64,000 bases of DNA from Vicugna vicugna (lineage: Eukaryota), in assembly GCA_013265495.1 (NCBI GenBank), contig MU058824.1, positions 2,755,111 to 2,819,110 on the forward strand, read 5' to 3'. Made by a program: the position numbers and the translations under genes. This document shows, piece after piece, positions 1-10,390 of the stretch (positions are counted from its first letter, which is position 1; every line of letters begins with the position of its first letter). The notes below the pieces were generated by a model, which did not search any database, was not told where the DNA came from, and saw only the letters and a list, made by a program, of their open reading frames with translations.

Positions 1-159
1 AATGTTTGTAGACATGGCAGGGTAGGTAATAGAGTTAGTAGCACAGGGAATCATGCTTTCTGGTTGTGAAACAAAATCAATTCCATTTCATTTGAACCCA
101 AGAATCCTCAAAGTCCTGATGTCCACAGTGGGTCTGCTAGCACCAGGAGAAGGAAGTAT

Positions 160-310
160 CTCACTCATTCACTCACTCATCCAATGTTTGCTAAGCATCA
201 TCTCTGTGGTAGACCTTGTATTGGGAGCCAGACACACAGGGAGGGACAAGCCCTATCTTTGTCCTTTGTCCTTTGTATCCAGGGATTCACAGACACATGA
301 ACAATTATCT
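160..310 (-). mobile_element. L2 LINE 3' end fragment (host of later MLT1 and L1 insertions)
   Basis: tcactcattcactcactcatccaatgtttgctaagcatc...tgtggtagaccttgtattgggagc resembles the reverse complement of the L2 3' terminus. Confidence 0.6.
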
Positions 311-322
311 CTGATTTGATGT

Positions 323-805
323 TGTATTCATTTCCAGTGGCTTCTGTAACAAATCACCACAAACTTGGTGACTCAAAGCAATACAAATACATTATCTTAC
401 AGTTCTAGGGGTCAAAAGTCCAACATGGGTCTCAATGGGCTAAAATCAAGGTGTTAGGAGGACTGTGGTCCTTTCTGGAGGTTGCAGGGAGAATTCAATT
501 ATTTGCCTTTTCCAGCTTCTGGAAGCTGTCTGCACTCCTTGGCTCATAGCTCCACATCACTTGACCTCTGCATCCATTATCACATCCCTTTTCTGTCTTT
601 CACAGTCTTCTTCTTATAAGACCTTTATGAGTAACTGGACCCACCTGGATAACCTGGACTACTGTTCCCACCTCAACAGTCTTAACCTTATCACATTTGC
701 AAAGTCTCTTTCACCATGTAAGGTGACATATGCACACATTTCAGGGATTAGGACCTGGACATCTTGTGGCAGGCAGGGCAGGGGGGCATTATTCTACCCA
801 CTACA
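323..805 (-). mobile_element. MaLR solo LTR, MLT1D/MLT1C-like
   Basis: Minus strand starts TGTAGTGGGTAGAATAATGCCCCCC, contains GATGTCCAGGTCCTAATCCCTGAAA...GACTTTGCAAATGTGATAAGG and ends ...TTTGTTACAGAAGCCACTGGAAATGAATACA (TG...CA termini). Confidence 0.85.
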
Positions 806-895
806 AACATAAAAGTCCCAAGGCTGGAATAAAAAGAAAACTAAGAGTCACTTTTCCTAGGAAGGCTTAAAGGTTCCATTAGAAGCAGTCCTTGA

Positions 896-1665
896 GAACT
901 CTTGTACAGTGCTGGTGGGAATATAAATTAGTGCAGCCACTATGGAAAACAGTATGGAAGTTCCTTAAAAAAAACTAAAAATAGTACTACCATATGACCT
1001 AGCAATTTCACTCCTGGGTATATATCAGACAAAAATGAAGACTCTAATTCAAAAAGATACATGCATCCCAATAGCACTATTTACAATAGCCAAAAAGACA
1101 TGGAAGCAACCCAAGTGCCCATCAACAGATGACTGGCTTAAAAAGACATGAGAGAGATATATATACACATATACTCACAATGGAATATTACTCAGCTATA
1201 AAAAAGAATGAAATATTGCCATTTGCAGCAACATAGATGGACCTAGAGAATATTATGCTTAGTGAAATAAGTCAGACAGAGAAAGACAAATACTACGTGA
1301 TATCACTTATAGGTGGAATCTAAAAAATAATGTAAATGAATGTATATAAAAAACAGAAACAGACTCACAGACATAGAAAGCAAACTTATGGTTACCAAAG
1401 AGGAGAGAAAGGAGGGAAAGGACAAATTAGGAGCATGGGATTAACAGATACAAACTACTATACATAAAATAGGTAAGTAACAAGGACTTACTGTATAGAA
1501 CAGAGAATTATACACAAAGTCTTGTAATAACCTATAATGGAATATAATTTAAAAAACAAACAAACAAACAAAACCAAAAACTGAATCACTATGTTGTACA
1601 CCTGAAACTTACAGAATGTTGTAAATCAACTATACTTCAACTAAAAAAAGGAAGAAGAAGAAGAG
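896..1665 (+). mobile_element. 5'-truncated L1 (ORF2 end plus 3' UTR, L1MA/artiodactyl type)
   Basis: Typical L1 3' motifs (gtgcagccactatggaaaacagtatgg; gccatttgcagcaacatagatggacctagag; tgtaaatcaactatacttcaa plus A/GAA tail); TSD gaagcagtccttga (882-895) / gaagtggtccttga (1666-1679). Confidence 0.92.
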
Positions 1666-1679
1666 GAAGTGGTCCTTGA

Positions 1680-2170
1680 AGCACAAGTAGAATTCTGAAG
1701 CAGGGGGAAGAATATTCCAGGCAGTAAGAACAGTAGAAGCACAGACTGGAGGTGGGAGATGGTGTCGTATGTTTGGAGAACATTTGGGCTAGAAATAAGT
1801 GGCTCTCTCTAAGGAAGGAGAGAGGCAGAGAGGCAGAGGCCAGGACAAGGTAGCCGCATACCATGCTTCCATGACGGGACCACAGAAGGGTTTTAGACCA
1901 GGGAGCAGTAACGTCAGGCTTAACTTTCATAAAGACTATTCTGGCTACAAGGTAGGGGATCAGCAGGAGGGGGTAAACGAGGTCAGGGACACCAGCAAGA
2001 AAGCTACCACGCAGATCCTGATGAGATAAGGCCTGAACGATATTGGAGGGGACAGGATGGATGGGGTAGAGGACATGAAGGAAAGGAGAAGGCTTAGGCA
2101 CTCCCAGGACTCAAGCTTGGGTAACTGGATGGAGAACAGAGCTGGGAACCCTCACTGAGAGAGGCGTCTT
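1680..2170 (-). mobile_element. L2 LINE fragment (probable continuation of the 160-310 copy)
   Basis: gaagaatattccaggcagtaagaacag...ggagcagtaacgtcaggcttaactttcataaagactattctggct...ttgggtaactggatggag matches antisense L2. Confidence 0.7.
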
Positions 2171-3468
2171 ATCTCTAAGTCCTTTCTTCAGGATGCCAGT
2201 GGTCTGGGTCTTGGGGTTGGGGGGCGCTGTCAGCTGCACTGCTCTCAGGCTGCTTCCCCACAGTGACTGGGGCAGGGCCGCCGTCCTGCTTCAGACCTGG
2301 CTGGTGCTCCCCTGGCAGAACAGCCCGCCAAGGCTCAGAGGCCTCTGTCATTGCCACACACTGCAGACTGAGTGCGGCCTATGCATCCTCTGAGGGGAAG
2401 TAATTCATACTCTCCAGGACTATTTGTTGGAGGAAAATCACTTGTTTCCAATTACTCTGTGGGTCAGCCTGACAGAATGTTGGACCGAAGGTAATTTCCA
2501 ATGAATAAGATGTGTTGGGTGTGGCATGTTATTACGAGAGGACAACATCCTGAACAAAAGCTTCCTGTGGGGAAGTCCGTGGTGAAAGGCACTCAGCCCC
2601 CAGCCCTGCTCTGATTCCCCAGGATGGCAGATTTGAGAGTCACCTGAGCTAGCTCCCTCCTTCCAATAAAAGTTCCATTCAACAAGTAACAGGACACCAG
2701 GGTGGTTGAGTCACAAGCTTTGGGCTCTCACAGCCTTGGTTTCTGAGTCTCAGCTCTGCTTCTCACCAGCTAGGGAACCTCAGCAGGCTCTTCAGGACTG
2801 GCTGTCAACCTTACCCTCTTTGCAGTATCAGAGGGAAGTGCTAACACTTAGCCCTTTGCATCCTCGGGGCCTCTCCTGGACATCCCACAGCCTTATAGCT
2901 CCCTCCTTAATAGGGATCTACCTTGGGGAGGGGAAAGAGCAATTAACACCTTTCCATTCCCTGGGGACTGGCCCTGTCCCCTGCCAATTACTCCACCAGG
3001 ACCCACCTGCTCTTGAAAGGGGTGACCAATTATCAGGAATAAGTGTGAAAGCGAGTCTGCTGCCTGGAGCCTCATTACCTGCCTCTTCCTCAGCTTGCAG
3101 GCGAGGGGGCCCAGTCCCTGCCCCCCTCAGTGGGGGAAGATCAAGAAAAAAGAATGGATTTTCTGAGTGTTCATCCAGCCTCAGGAAAGAAGGGGGCTCA
3201 TTCTGCATTGTCACTGGAATTAGGCAGAGGCTTGTGATTTTATTTTTAAAAATTATATATGCATGTTTCTGGCAGATAATGCATTTAGATATTTGCATAT
3301 CTGTATTTCTTCTAACTATATTTTCCCTCCCAGTTCCAAGAAAGAACCAGCCTTTCCTCTCCCTTCATTCTGAAGGAGCTACTAGCAGGCATCAGTTCCT
3401 TCTTAACCTTTGTTTTCTAAAAACTTGAGCTGCTTGAAAGTTTCCTGCAAGGGAGGAAGGGAGAGAAG

Positions 3469-3540
3469 AGCTGGCCTGTGAGGAAGGAGATTCCCCAGCT
3501 GGCCTGTGAGGAAGGAGATTCCCCAGCAGGCCTGTGAGGA
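3469..3540. repeat. 28-bp tandem duplication, about 2.6 copies
   Basis: Unit agctggcctgtgaggaaggagattcccc at 3469 and 3497 (identical); partial third copy at 3525 with one mismatch. Confidence 0.95.
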
Positions 3541-3849
3541 GCCAGGGTCAGACCTGCTTTCCTGCGGTGCCATGGGAGGTGACAGGCTTCTGAAGAGAAC
3601 AGCCAGGTGTCCCCCAAAAGGCTGGACTCTGCCTCCTCAGCGTCCAGCTGGCAGTGATCATATGTCGGCCAGGAGGAGCAGCCTCAACAGACTGGGATAA
3701 GACCTGTTCTCTTCTTCTTGAAGACCTAGCTTGTGTCAGAGAGTGTTCTGGGTAATAAGCACAGAGCAGTGAAGGGGAAAGAAAAATTCTCTATTCTTAC
3801 AGCATTTCATTTTTCAAAGATAAATATGTAATTTACTAAGAGCTAGTGA

Positions 3850-4170
3850 TAAGAGCTACCAGCCATAATAAACAAAACAAAACCCACAAAAACAAAACAA
3901 GGTGAGGGTAGAAAATGAAGAAGAGGTGATGGTGGAGGTCAAGAAAGATTTCTCTGAAGAGAGTAGATGTGAGCTGACATCTGATGGGAAGAAGAAATGA
4001 GCCAGTTAAACTGTAGAGGAAGAGCATTCCAGACAGAGGGGACAGTAAGTGCAAAGGCCCTGGGGTAGGAGCACTAGCATGTCCGAGGAGCACTGAGATG
4101 ACTAAGTAGCTAGGGAGGAGTAACAAGGGTGAGCCTGGTAGGAGATGAGGTTGGACTGGGGGAGACAGAA
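3850..4170 (-). mobile_element. L2 LINE fragment
   Basis: gaagagcattccagacagaggggacagtaagtgcaaaggccctggggtaggagc is a hallmark antisense L2 motif. Confidence 0.75.
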
Positions 4171-5439
4171 GAAGTTTCCTCCCTTCCACGCCAAAGCTAC
4201 ATTTACACCCTAAGGCTTGTCACTTTCTATTTACAAACTTGAATTTCCTCACCCTCAGAATGAGGCTAGTGATACCTTCCCTGGTGAGGATGGTGTCCTG
4301 CACTTGACAGTGGCTACTGTAATTACCATGCGTTTATTACTGTTTAATCTCAGTGCTTCTCCTCACTGTGCTCCCATTCCTCCACCACTAGAACTGGATG
4401 CTGTCACTGCAGTGACTTTGGGCCTGTGAGCAGGGCACCAGTGGGGTGGAGAGTTGAGCCTTTACCAGTAATTACCGCTCCCGGGAAGCCCTCTTGGCTC
4501 AGCTCCACGCTCAGCATGGCAAGAACGACAGCCACTTGTCAGAAGCCTCCCAGAGAGACCACCTGGAAATGAGAGCAGCCCTGATGGAAGGGTGGGGGAG
4601 CCGTACTGAAGGGGGAAGGGTGTGTGGGCCCCTTTGTCATCAGGCAGCCAGAGCTGGAGGGATCGCTCCAGTTTAAATTAAGGATTTAATGAGATGAGGC
4701 CAAATTAGATGCAATTAAAAAGACACTTTAGAGCTGGCAGACGACCAAGAGAGGCAGTAATGACTTTCCTAGAAGGGAATCCCACAGGCTGGGGGTTGGA
4801 GGGGACCAGGAGGGCTTGGTTTTCTACTCCTGAAAACATCCGGGGTCGGGGGTGGGGGTGGGAGGATAAAATAGAATCAATCATTGGCAATGCTGGTGCC
4901 TAGTAAGGACTGGATAACCCTCAGATGTCCACCCAGAAGAGCCCTGAGAGATTGCCTAGACTTGTGGCTTCCAAACTGGAATTTTTGGATCCAAAGAAGA
5001 CATTTAGTAACTTCCTCAAGCATTGTCTAAATACATATTTTTAATTATTTAAGTCTTAGAGCAAAGACGCTGTGCAGGATCCCCAATTTTAGCACACAGG
5101 GGCCGCCAGTAAGGTGCACAGCGCGCTTCCACGTGTACCTCAGCAGACAGCTTCTGTGGCGGCCTGGACCTTCATGTGGATTCTGAGCAGAAGCCCCGTT
5201 GCTTGGGAAGGCTGCTCACCTGCCTCACGGGGACTGCCCACCTCGGGTAATTCAGGCCTGGACTTGAGCTCACATGGCACAGTGTCCTGTGAGCCCACTC
5301 TTAGGTGACTCAGGTGAAGCACTCAATTAAATGTTTGGCTCAGTTAAAGGCCTGCTCCTGACACTGCAGAAGGGCTGGGTGCTAACAGGGGAGTGGGTAA
5401 AAGTGCCAGAAGTATTGACACTGTCATATTAGTGTTCAG

Positions 5440-6100
5440 TGTAAATTTGGACACTTCTAGCCTGACTTCTGTTAACGCCAGTGGACTGGTTTTGGCACAC
5501 AGTTACCCTGCAGACAATTCTAGATAACATGTTTAGAATAAAACTGAATCCTAAAACTTGGACTTCATATGCAAAACAAAGTAAATTTGACTGTTCAGAA
5601 AGTTTGAGTGAAGAGCTGTCAGAAATGGGCACTGAGGCATGAGATTCTCTTAAATGACAGCCCTGAACATCCTTCAAGGTACACTTGAAAAGAATTTTTC
5701 TGCCAAACAATGAATATTTAAACCAAGAAACCTATTCATCATCTCCCTCCAAATTTAATACTCACAGTTTAAGGAATGAGAGTTGGGCTTAGGTATTATT
5801 AATAATTCAAACCTGACACAAAATAATTAGCTATTATTCCTCTTGAAGTTCCTAGATCAGTTTAATTGGAGAATGTTCTGAGATAGGAAGGTAAAGTTTT
5901 TGAAAATCCATTACCATTTGCAACTATTTTTGGGACTGGATCAGGATTTTGGTAATACAGTGAAACAAAATCTAAATGATGAAATAAACTGGATATTGAT
6001 GCTGATACCGGATTGCAAATATTATTTATAATACCCAACTTCAAATTATTTGGGTTACTGTAATAGCTTCATTATTCTCATTGGCTGACTTTATAATAAG
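5440..6100 (+). mobile_element. hAT-Charlie DNA transposon fossil, transposase C-terminal (dimerisation) region
   Basis: Frame from 5911 reads LPFATIFGTGSGFW*YSETKSK**NKLDIDADTGLQILFIIPNFK, matching the Charlie/Buster motif LPFxTTYLCESGFS...TKxKYRNxLDxxxDxRLQLSxIxPN; stops show decay. Confidence 0.78.
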
Positions 6101-6649
6101 TAGTGTTTGTACATTTGAACAGAAACATACATTTATAATAATGTCACTGTTGGTCAGTTTTATGTAATGGACTTCCACCCCGACAAATGTGTTTGACTAT
6201 TACTGTTGAAACGGGTGAAATCACTGACCTAGTCCAAGCCAAACATGATACAGTCAGGATACAGACCCCAGAGAGAGGCAGAGGCTTGTTCATTCAGAAC
6301 CAGAGAGTCAGAAGCCGGGCTGGCTCAGAAGCCAGATTCCCTGATCTGCAGGTGTGAAGAGGCCATCCAGACTCTGCCTTGGCTCCATCTCCTGCCTCCA
6401 CCTGGTCCAGACCTCTTCTCTCTCAGTGAAACCCCTAGAGATCTTCCTCCCTCTCTCATCCTTCCCTCTCCACACAGTGCTAAGCTGTGATTTAAGTCCC
6501 GTCCTTTAAAATCCGAGGGCGGATCTGAACAGCGGTTTCTACCTCTTCTCCCTGGAGCCACGATGTCACGTGGGAAAGCCCGATGGCCCACTGTGGGGAT
6601 GGGGAGACTGAGCAGGTGGCACAGCGCCAGCCCCCAGCCCCACCCCAAA

Positions 6650-6830
6650 TAAGGATGGTGAGTACAGAGCACACAGGGCTCTGACACTGGGGTGTCTGGG
6701 CTCAAAGCCCACCTACCCCTCTTACCAGACCTAAACTAGGTGTGGCAATACTGCCTGACGAGGAGGGATGTTGGGAGAATTTAGGGAATCGATCGATATA
6801 AGGCACATAGGAAGTAGTCGATAACTCAGG
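6650..6830 (+). mobile_element. MIR SINE (degenerate)
   Basis: gagcacacagggctctgacactggggtgtctgggctcaaagccc...ggcacataggaagtagtcgataa resembles MIR head and tail. Confidence 0.55.
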
Positions 6831-7879
6831 CATTATCATGTTTTATCAGAAGAGATTGATGTAAGATGCCCCTTTTTCAAAAGGATTTGGTTGTTAAGGA
6901 ATGTAGAGTGAAAAACAGGCTTTAAAAAAAAAAACGACTTAGAGCATAAATTTAAAACATTTTACCCTGGCATCTGAGGTTTTCAGCCTTTTCCATCCAT
7001 CTTCATATGCCCCATGTGCCAGTGGCAGTGGTCTTCTCACTGCCCCCAAAGTGTGCCCCACCAACTGAGGCCTCTGTATGCGTCTGTGTATGCTGCTCCC
7101 TATGCCTGAAGATTCCTGCTCACTTCTCAGGGCCCACCCCTTATTTCACCTCCTCCCAGAAGCCACCCAGGATCCCTCTAGCAGAGACGCCTAAATTTCT
7201 ATAGGAAGGTTTCAGGGCAGTACTGTATTTGGTGAGGAAGGGGGGCTAGGAGATTTGCCTAAAAGTTCTGCACAACTTGTTCACTGTCTTTACTTAGATT
7301 GTGTGTTTATTTGGGTTGGCTTAGCAGGGCTGATGGAGATCGCGGGGCACTGAATGGAATGAAGTTCTACTTCTCCTGGGTGCTCTCAGCACAGAGCTTG
7401 TTCTCACCTTGTGGTGGGGCTGGAGTCTGGGCTTCACATGCTCCTGCTTGTGTTCCTTCCCTGCGCTCTGCCCTCTGCCCTCCACTTCGGGCTCTGCTCC
7501 TGCCAGCCAGGAGGCATGACGAGCTCATAACGCTTCTGAGAACAGTCACCAGCACCCAGAACATTGGAGCTCATGCACTCCAGCTCCTCCAGCTCATTGC
7601 ACAAGTGAAATAACTGAGGCTAACAAAGGATAAGGGCTTTGCCTCGGCCATCTATTAGGTGCTCAAAAACACCTTATATTTGGAGCCAGGCAGAGGGGTG
7701 TGCTATGGGACCAGAAGTCAATAATAGTTGGACCAATAAATCAAGCAGTAGATAGTGAAAAAAAACCAGAATCCATTGAACTAATCAATAATACCTGATT
7801 GCCTATTACAAACTGCAAATACCAAATTCTGATTGTCAGATACTCAAGCCAACAGATAACTGGCATCTAATGTGGTTTC

Positions 7880-8045
7880 CAAACATCACTGCTGCCATAT
7901 TCATTTGGTCAAAGTAAATCATGAGGCTTAGTCCAGATTCGAGGAGAAGGGAAACATACTACTTCTTGGTGGTTGGAACAGCATACACATACAGGGAGGG
8001 AAGGGATCAATGGCAGCCTTCTTTGGAGACAATCAGCTTCACAAG
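7880..8045 (-). mobile_element. MaLR LTR fragment (MLT1I/J-like)
   Basis: catcactgctgccatattcatttggtcaaagtaaatcatgaggcttagtccagattcgaggagaaggg...ggcagccttctttggagacaatc is the antisense MLT1 5' region. Confidence 0.6.
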
Positions 8046-8679
8046 GGAAATTGTTAGAGGTCTTCTTTCAGCCCAGAAAGTCCCCAGGAATATGTGTGCA
8101 CATGCAGAGTGGAAACCTCCAGACTATGAAGGCTATGAAGTCTATACCTTGAGAGGCCTTGAAGGTCAACGACAACAACACTCTGAGTGCAACATGAAAG
8201 GGCTCTAACCTGGGAGATAGGCAGTCTGGGTCCTTCTGCAGCTTTGCCCCTAATGTGACGCAAGAAACTGGGCAAGACCCTGCTCGTCTCTGAGCCACCC
8301 AAATCAAGTCCACCTCTGCCCATGGGTCATTTGTCCATTACCGTCCATCAGAGTTGAGGTCCTTTTGTCTTTTGCTATTTTCTAGGCTCCTTAAGAAGGA
8401 CAAAGGGCTCTCCTCTGCTCTAGTTTTAGCAACTTGACAACAGCCCCTTGCCTTTGGATTTATAACCAGAAATCCTGGTATTGCTGAAGTTAGCCCAGTG
8501 CTAGACTGCTTTAAAAAGGAGACTCTTTAGAATTACAGCTCAAATACAGAAGAGATCACTGGAACTGAATGGCAGACAAGGGTCCCCAAAGTGTTCTTAA
8601 TTCATGCCCCCATTACAGATTGGTATACTGAGAAGGGCAAGGATATAGAGAATTAATTTAGCCAAGCACTGTCTCTCTA

Positions 8680-8682
<3 letters not shown>

Positions 8683-8716
<34 letters not shown>
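8683..8716. repeat. (CT)n microsatellite
   Basis: Direct reading of the ctctct... run. Confidence 0.95.
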
Positions 8717-8718
<2 letters not shown>

Positions 8719-9589
8719 GTTGAGAGCCCCTGCCAGTCTTCCCCCAAACACCCACCCGCTAGGCTCAGGACTAGCCCAGAAGTCTCTGAGTGCTCAGAAA
8801 TTCCAACCCCCTGCAAGGCCACCAAGGCCAGAGCTTTCTCATTCATGCTTTGCAGCAGAAGGGGCAAACCTGGGGAAAAACTTGGAAGCAGGGAACCTCT
8901 AGAAGTGGAGACATGGAACCCAGTACTTGTCTGTGGGGACACTGGACAGGCAGGAAGAGGCCCCCCACCTGCACATGCCAGTCTTCCCAGTCTCTGGTCC
9001 CCATGCCCATTGTTTAGCTATTATGATAACAGATAACTGGGATGTCCCATTTGACTTTAGTTGTTAAGAGTCTCTAATCAACTCACTCTTCTCCTCAAAT
9101 ATAATCTACACTCTCCAGCTTCTTGACTTTACCTCATGCAGTTCCCAGCACCAGGAATGCCATCATCCCATCTGACCACCTCTTATAGCTCATTCTTCCA
9201 GACCGAGCTGAAGTGCTCCCTCCTCCAGGCAGCCCTACACCCTCCTCCCGACACTGGCAGAGACCTCTCCCTTCTTTAAGCCCTCACTGCCCTTTGCCTT
9301 CAGCTCCGAGGCACTGGACACTTTCTGCCTTAGTTATAAAAGGGTTGCTAGAGAGAAGCCACCCAGCAGTAGGGGTGTCCCCTGACCTGGGAGTCACTGA
9401 ACTCAGGCTCAGCCTCTGCCTCCCTGTGAAACCTGGGCAAAGTGCCTTCTCCATTCGGAGCCTCAGTTTCTTCATCTCTGGGATGAGGAGTTGGGCTTCG
9501 TCTCTAGAGCAATTTTTGCATCTTTGTTTGCTACACCTCAGTAACTGAGTCCCTTCCCCACGACAGGCCCTGTCCTAAGTGCTAGGAAC

Positions 9590-10390
9590 ATGGAAGGAGA
9601 CCCTGAGACGAGGATTCATGTACAAGTGATTATTAAGAAGGTACTCCGAGGACACTATGAACTCATCTACAAAACAGAAACAGACTCGCAGGCATAGTAA
9701 ACAATCATGGTTACCAAGGGAAAGTGGGTGGGAAAGGATGAATTTGGGAGTTTGAGATTTGCAAATGTTAATCACTATATATATAAATAGATTAAAAAAA
9801 CAAATTTCTCCTGTATAGCACAGGGAACTATATTCAATATCTTGTAATAACCTTTAACAAAAAAGAATATGAAAACGTATATATGTATGTATATGCATGA
9901 CTGGGACATTATGGTGTACACCAGAAATTGACACATTGTAACTGACTATACTTCAATTTAAAAAAGAAAAAGAGAAGGTGCTCCGAGGAAAACCAGCAAG
10001 GAAGTGGGAAGCAGGAAAGGGAAGGGAGGGCACTGGGAAGGGGATGATTCTGGCCAAGTCTCACGGAAGGTAGCTTCAGCCTGAATCCCGCAGGGTACTC
10101 TGGAATATAAGCCACATCTCATGGTTGTCCGGTCCCATGACCAGGGAGCTGGGCTCCACATTCCTGCACCTGCAAGTCATTAGCTAAAAAGAAGCTGAAT
10201 TCCTAGGCACTTCAGTTTGTCTGCCATTGTGGGAAGTTTCCAGTAGCCTGGGGCAGGCTGCTGAAGGAGAGTCACAGGTGTGGGCCACTGGAAGCAGAAC
10301 ACCGGAGGCAGGGCAGAAAGGAGCACATAACCAGTGAAAGGTCTCTGGGGAGCACTGGGGGAGCCCCTCCCCTGTCCACCTCAGACACTA
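9590..10390 (-). mobile_element. ERVL solo LTR (LTR16-group-like), split by an L1 insertion
   Basis: gagaccctgagacgaggattcatgtacaagtgattatt...gggaagcaggaaagggaagggaggg resembles the antisense 3' end of LTR16-group elements; sequence resumes after the L1 TSD. Confidence 0.55.
9653..9972 (+). mobile_element. Short 5'-truncated lineage-specific L1 3' UTR
   Basis: gaactcatctacaaaacagaaacagactc...gtacaccagaaattgacacattgtaactgactatacttcaa plus A tail; TSD agaaggtactccgagga (9636-9652) / agaaggtgctccgagga (9973-9989). Confidence 0.92.

Noticed and set aside
2706..3428. Longest ORF in the track (240 aa)
   Set aside because: Non-ATG start, no recognisable domain, composition typical of translated non-coding DNA, and overlapping antisense ORFs of the same character.
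3469..3540. CRISPR-like 28-bp repeats
   Set aside because: Head-to-tail with no spacers, eukaryotic context and no cas genes.
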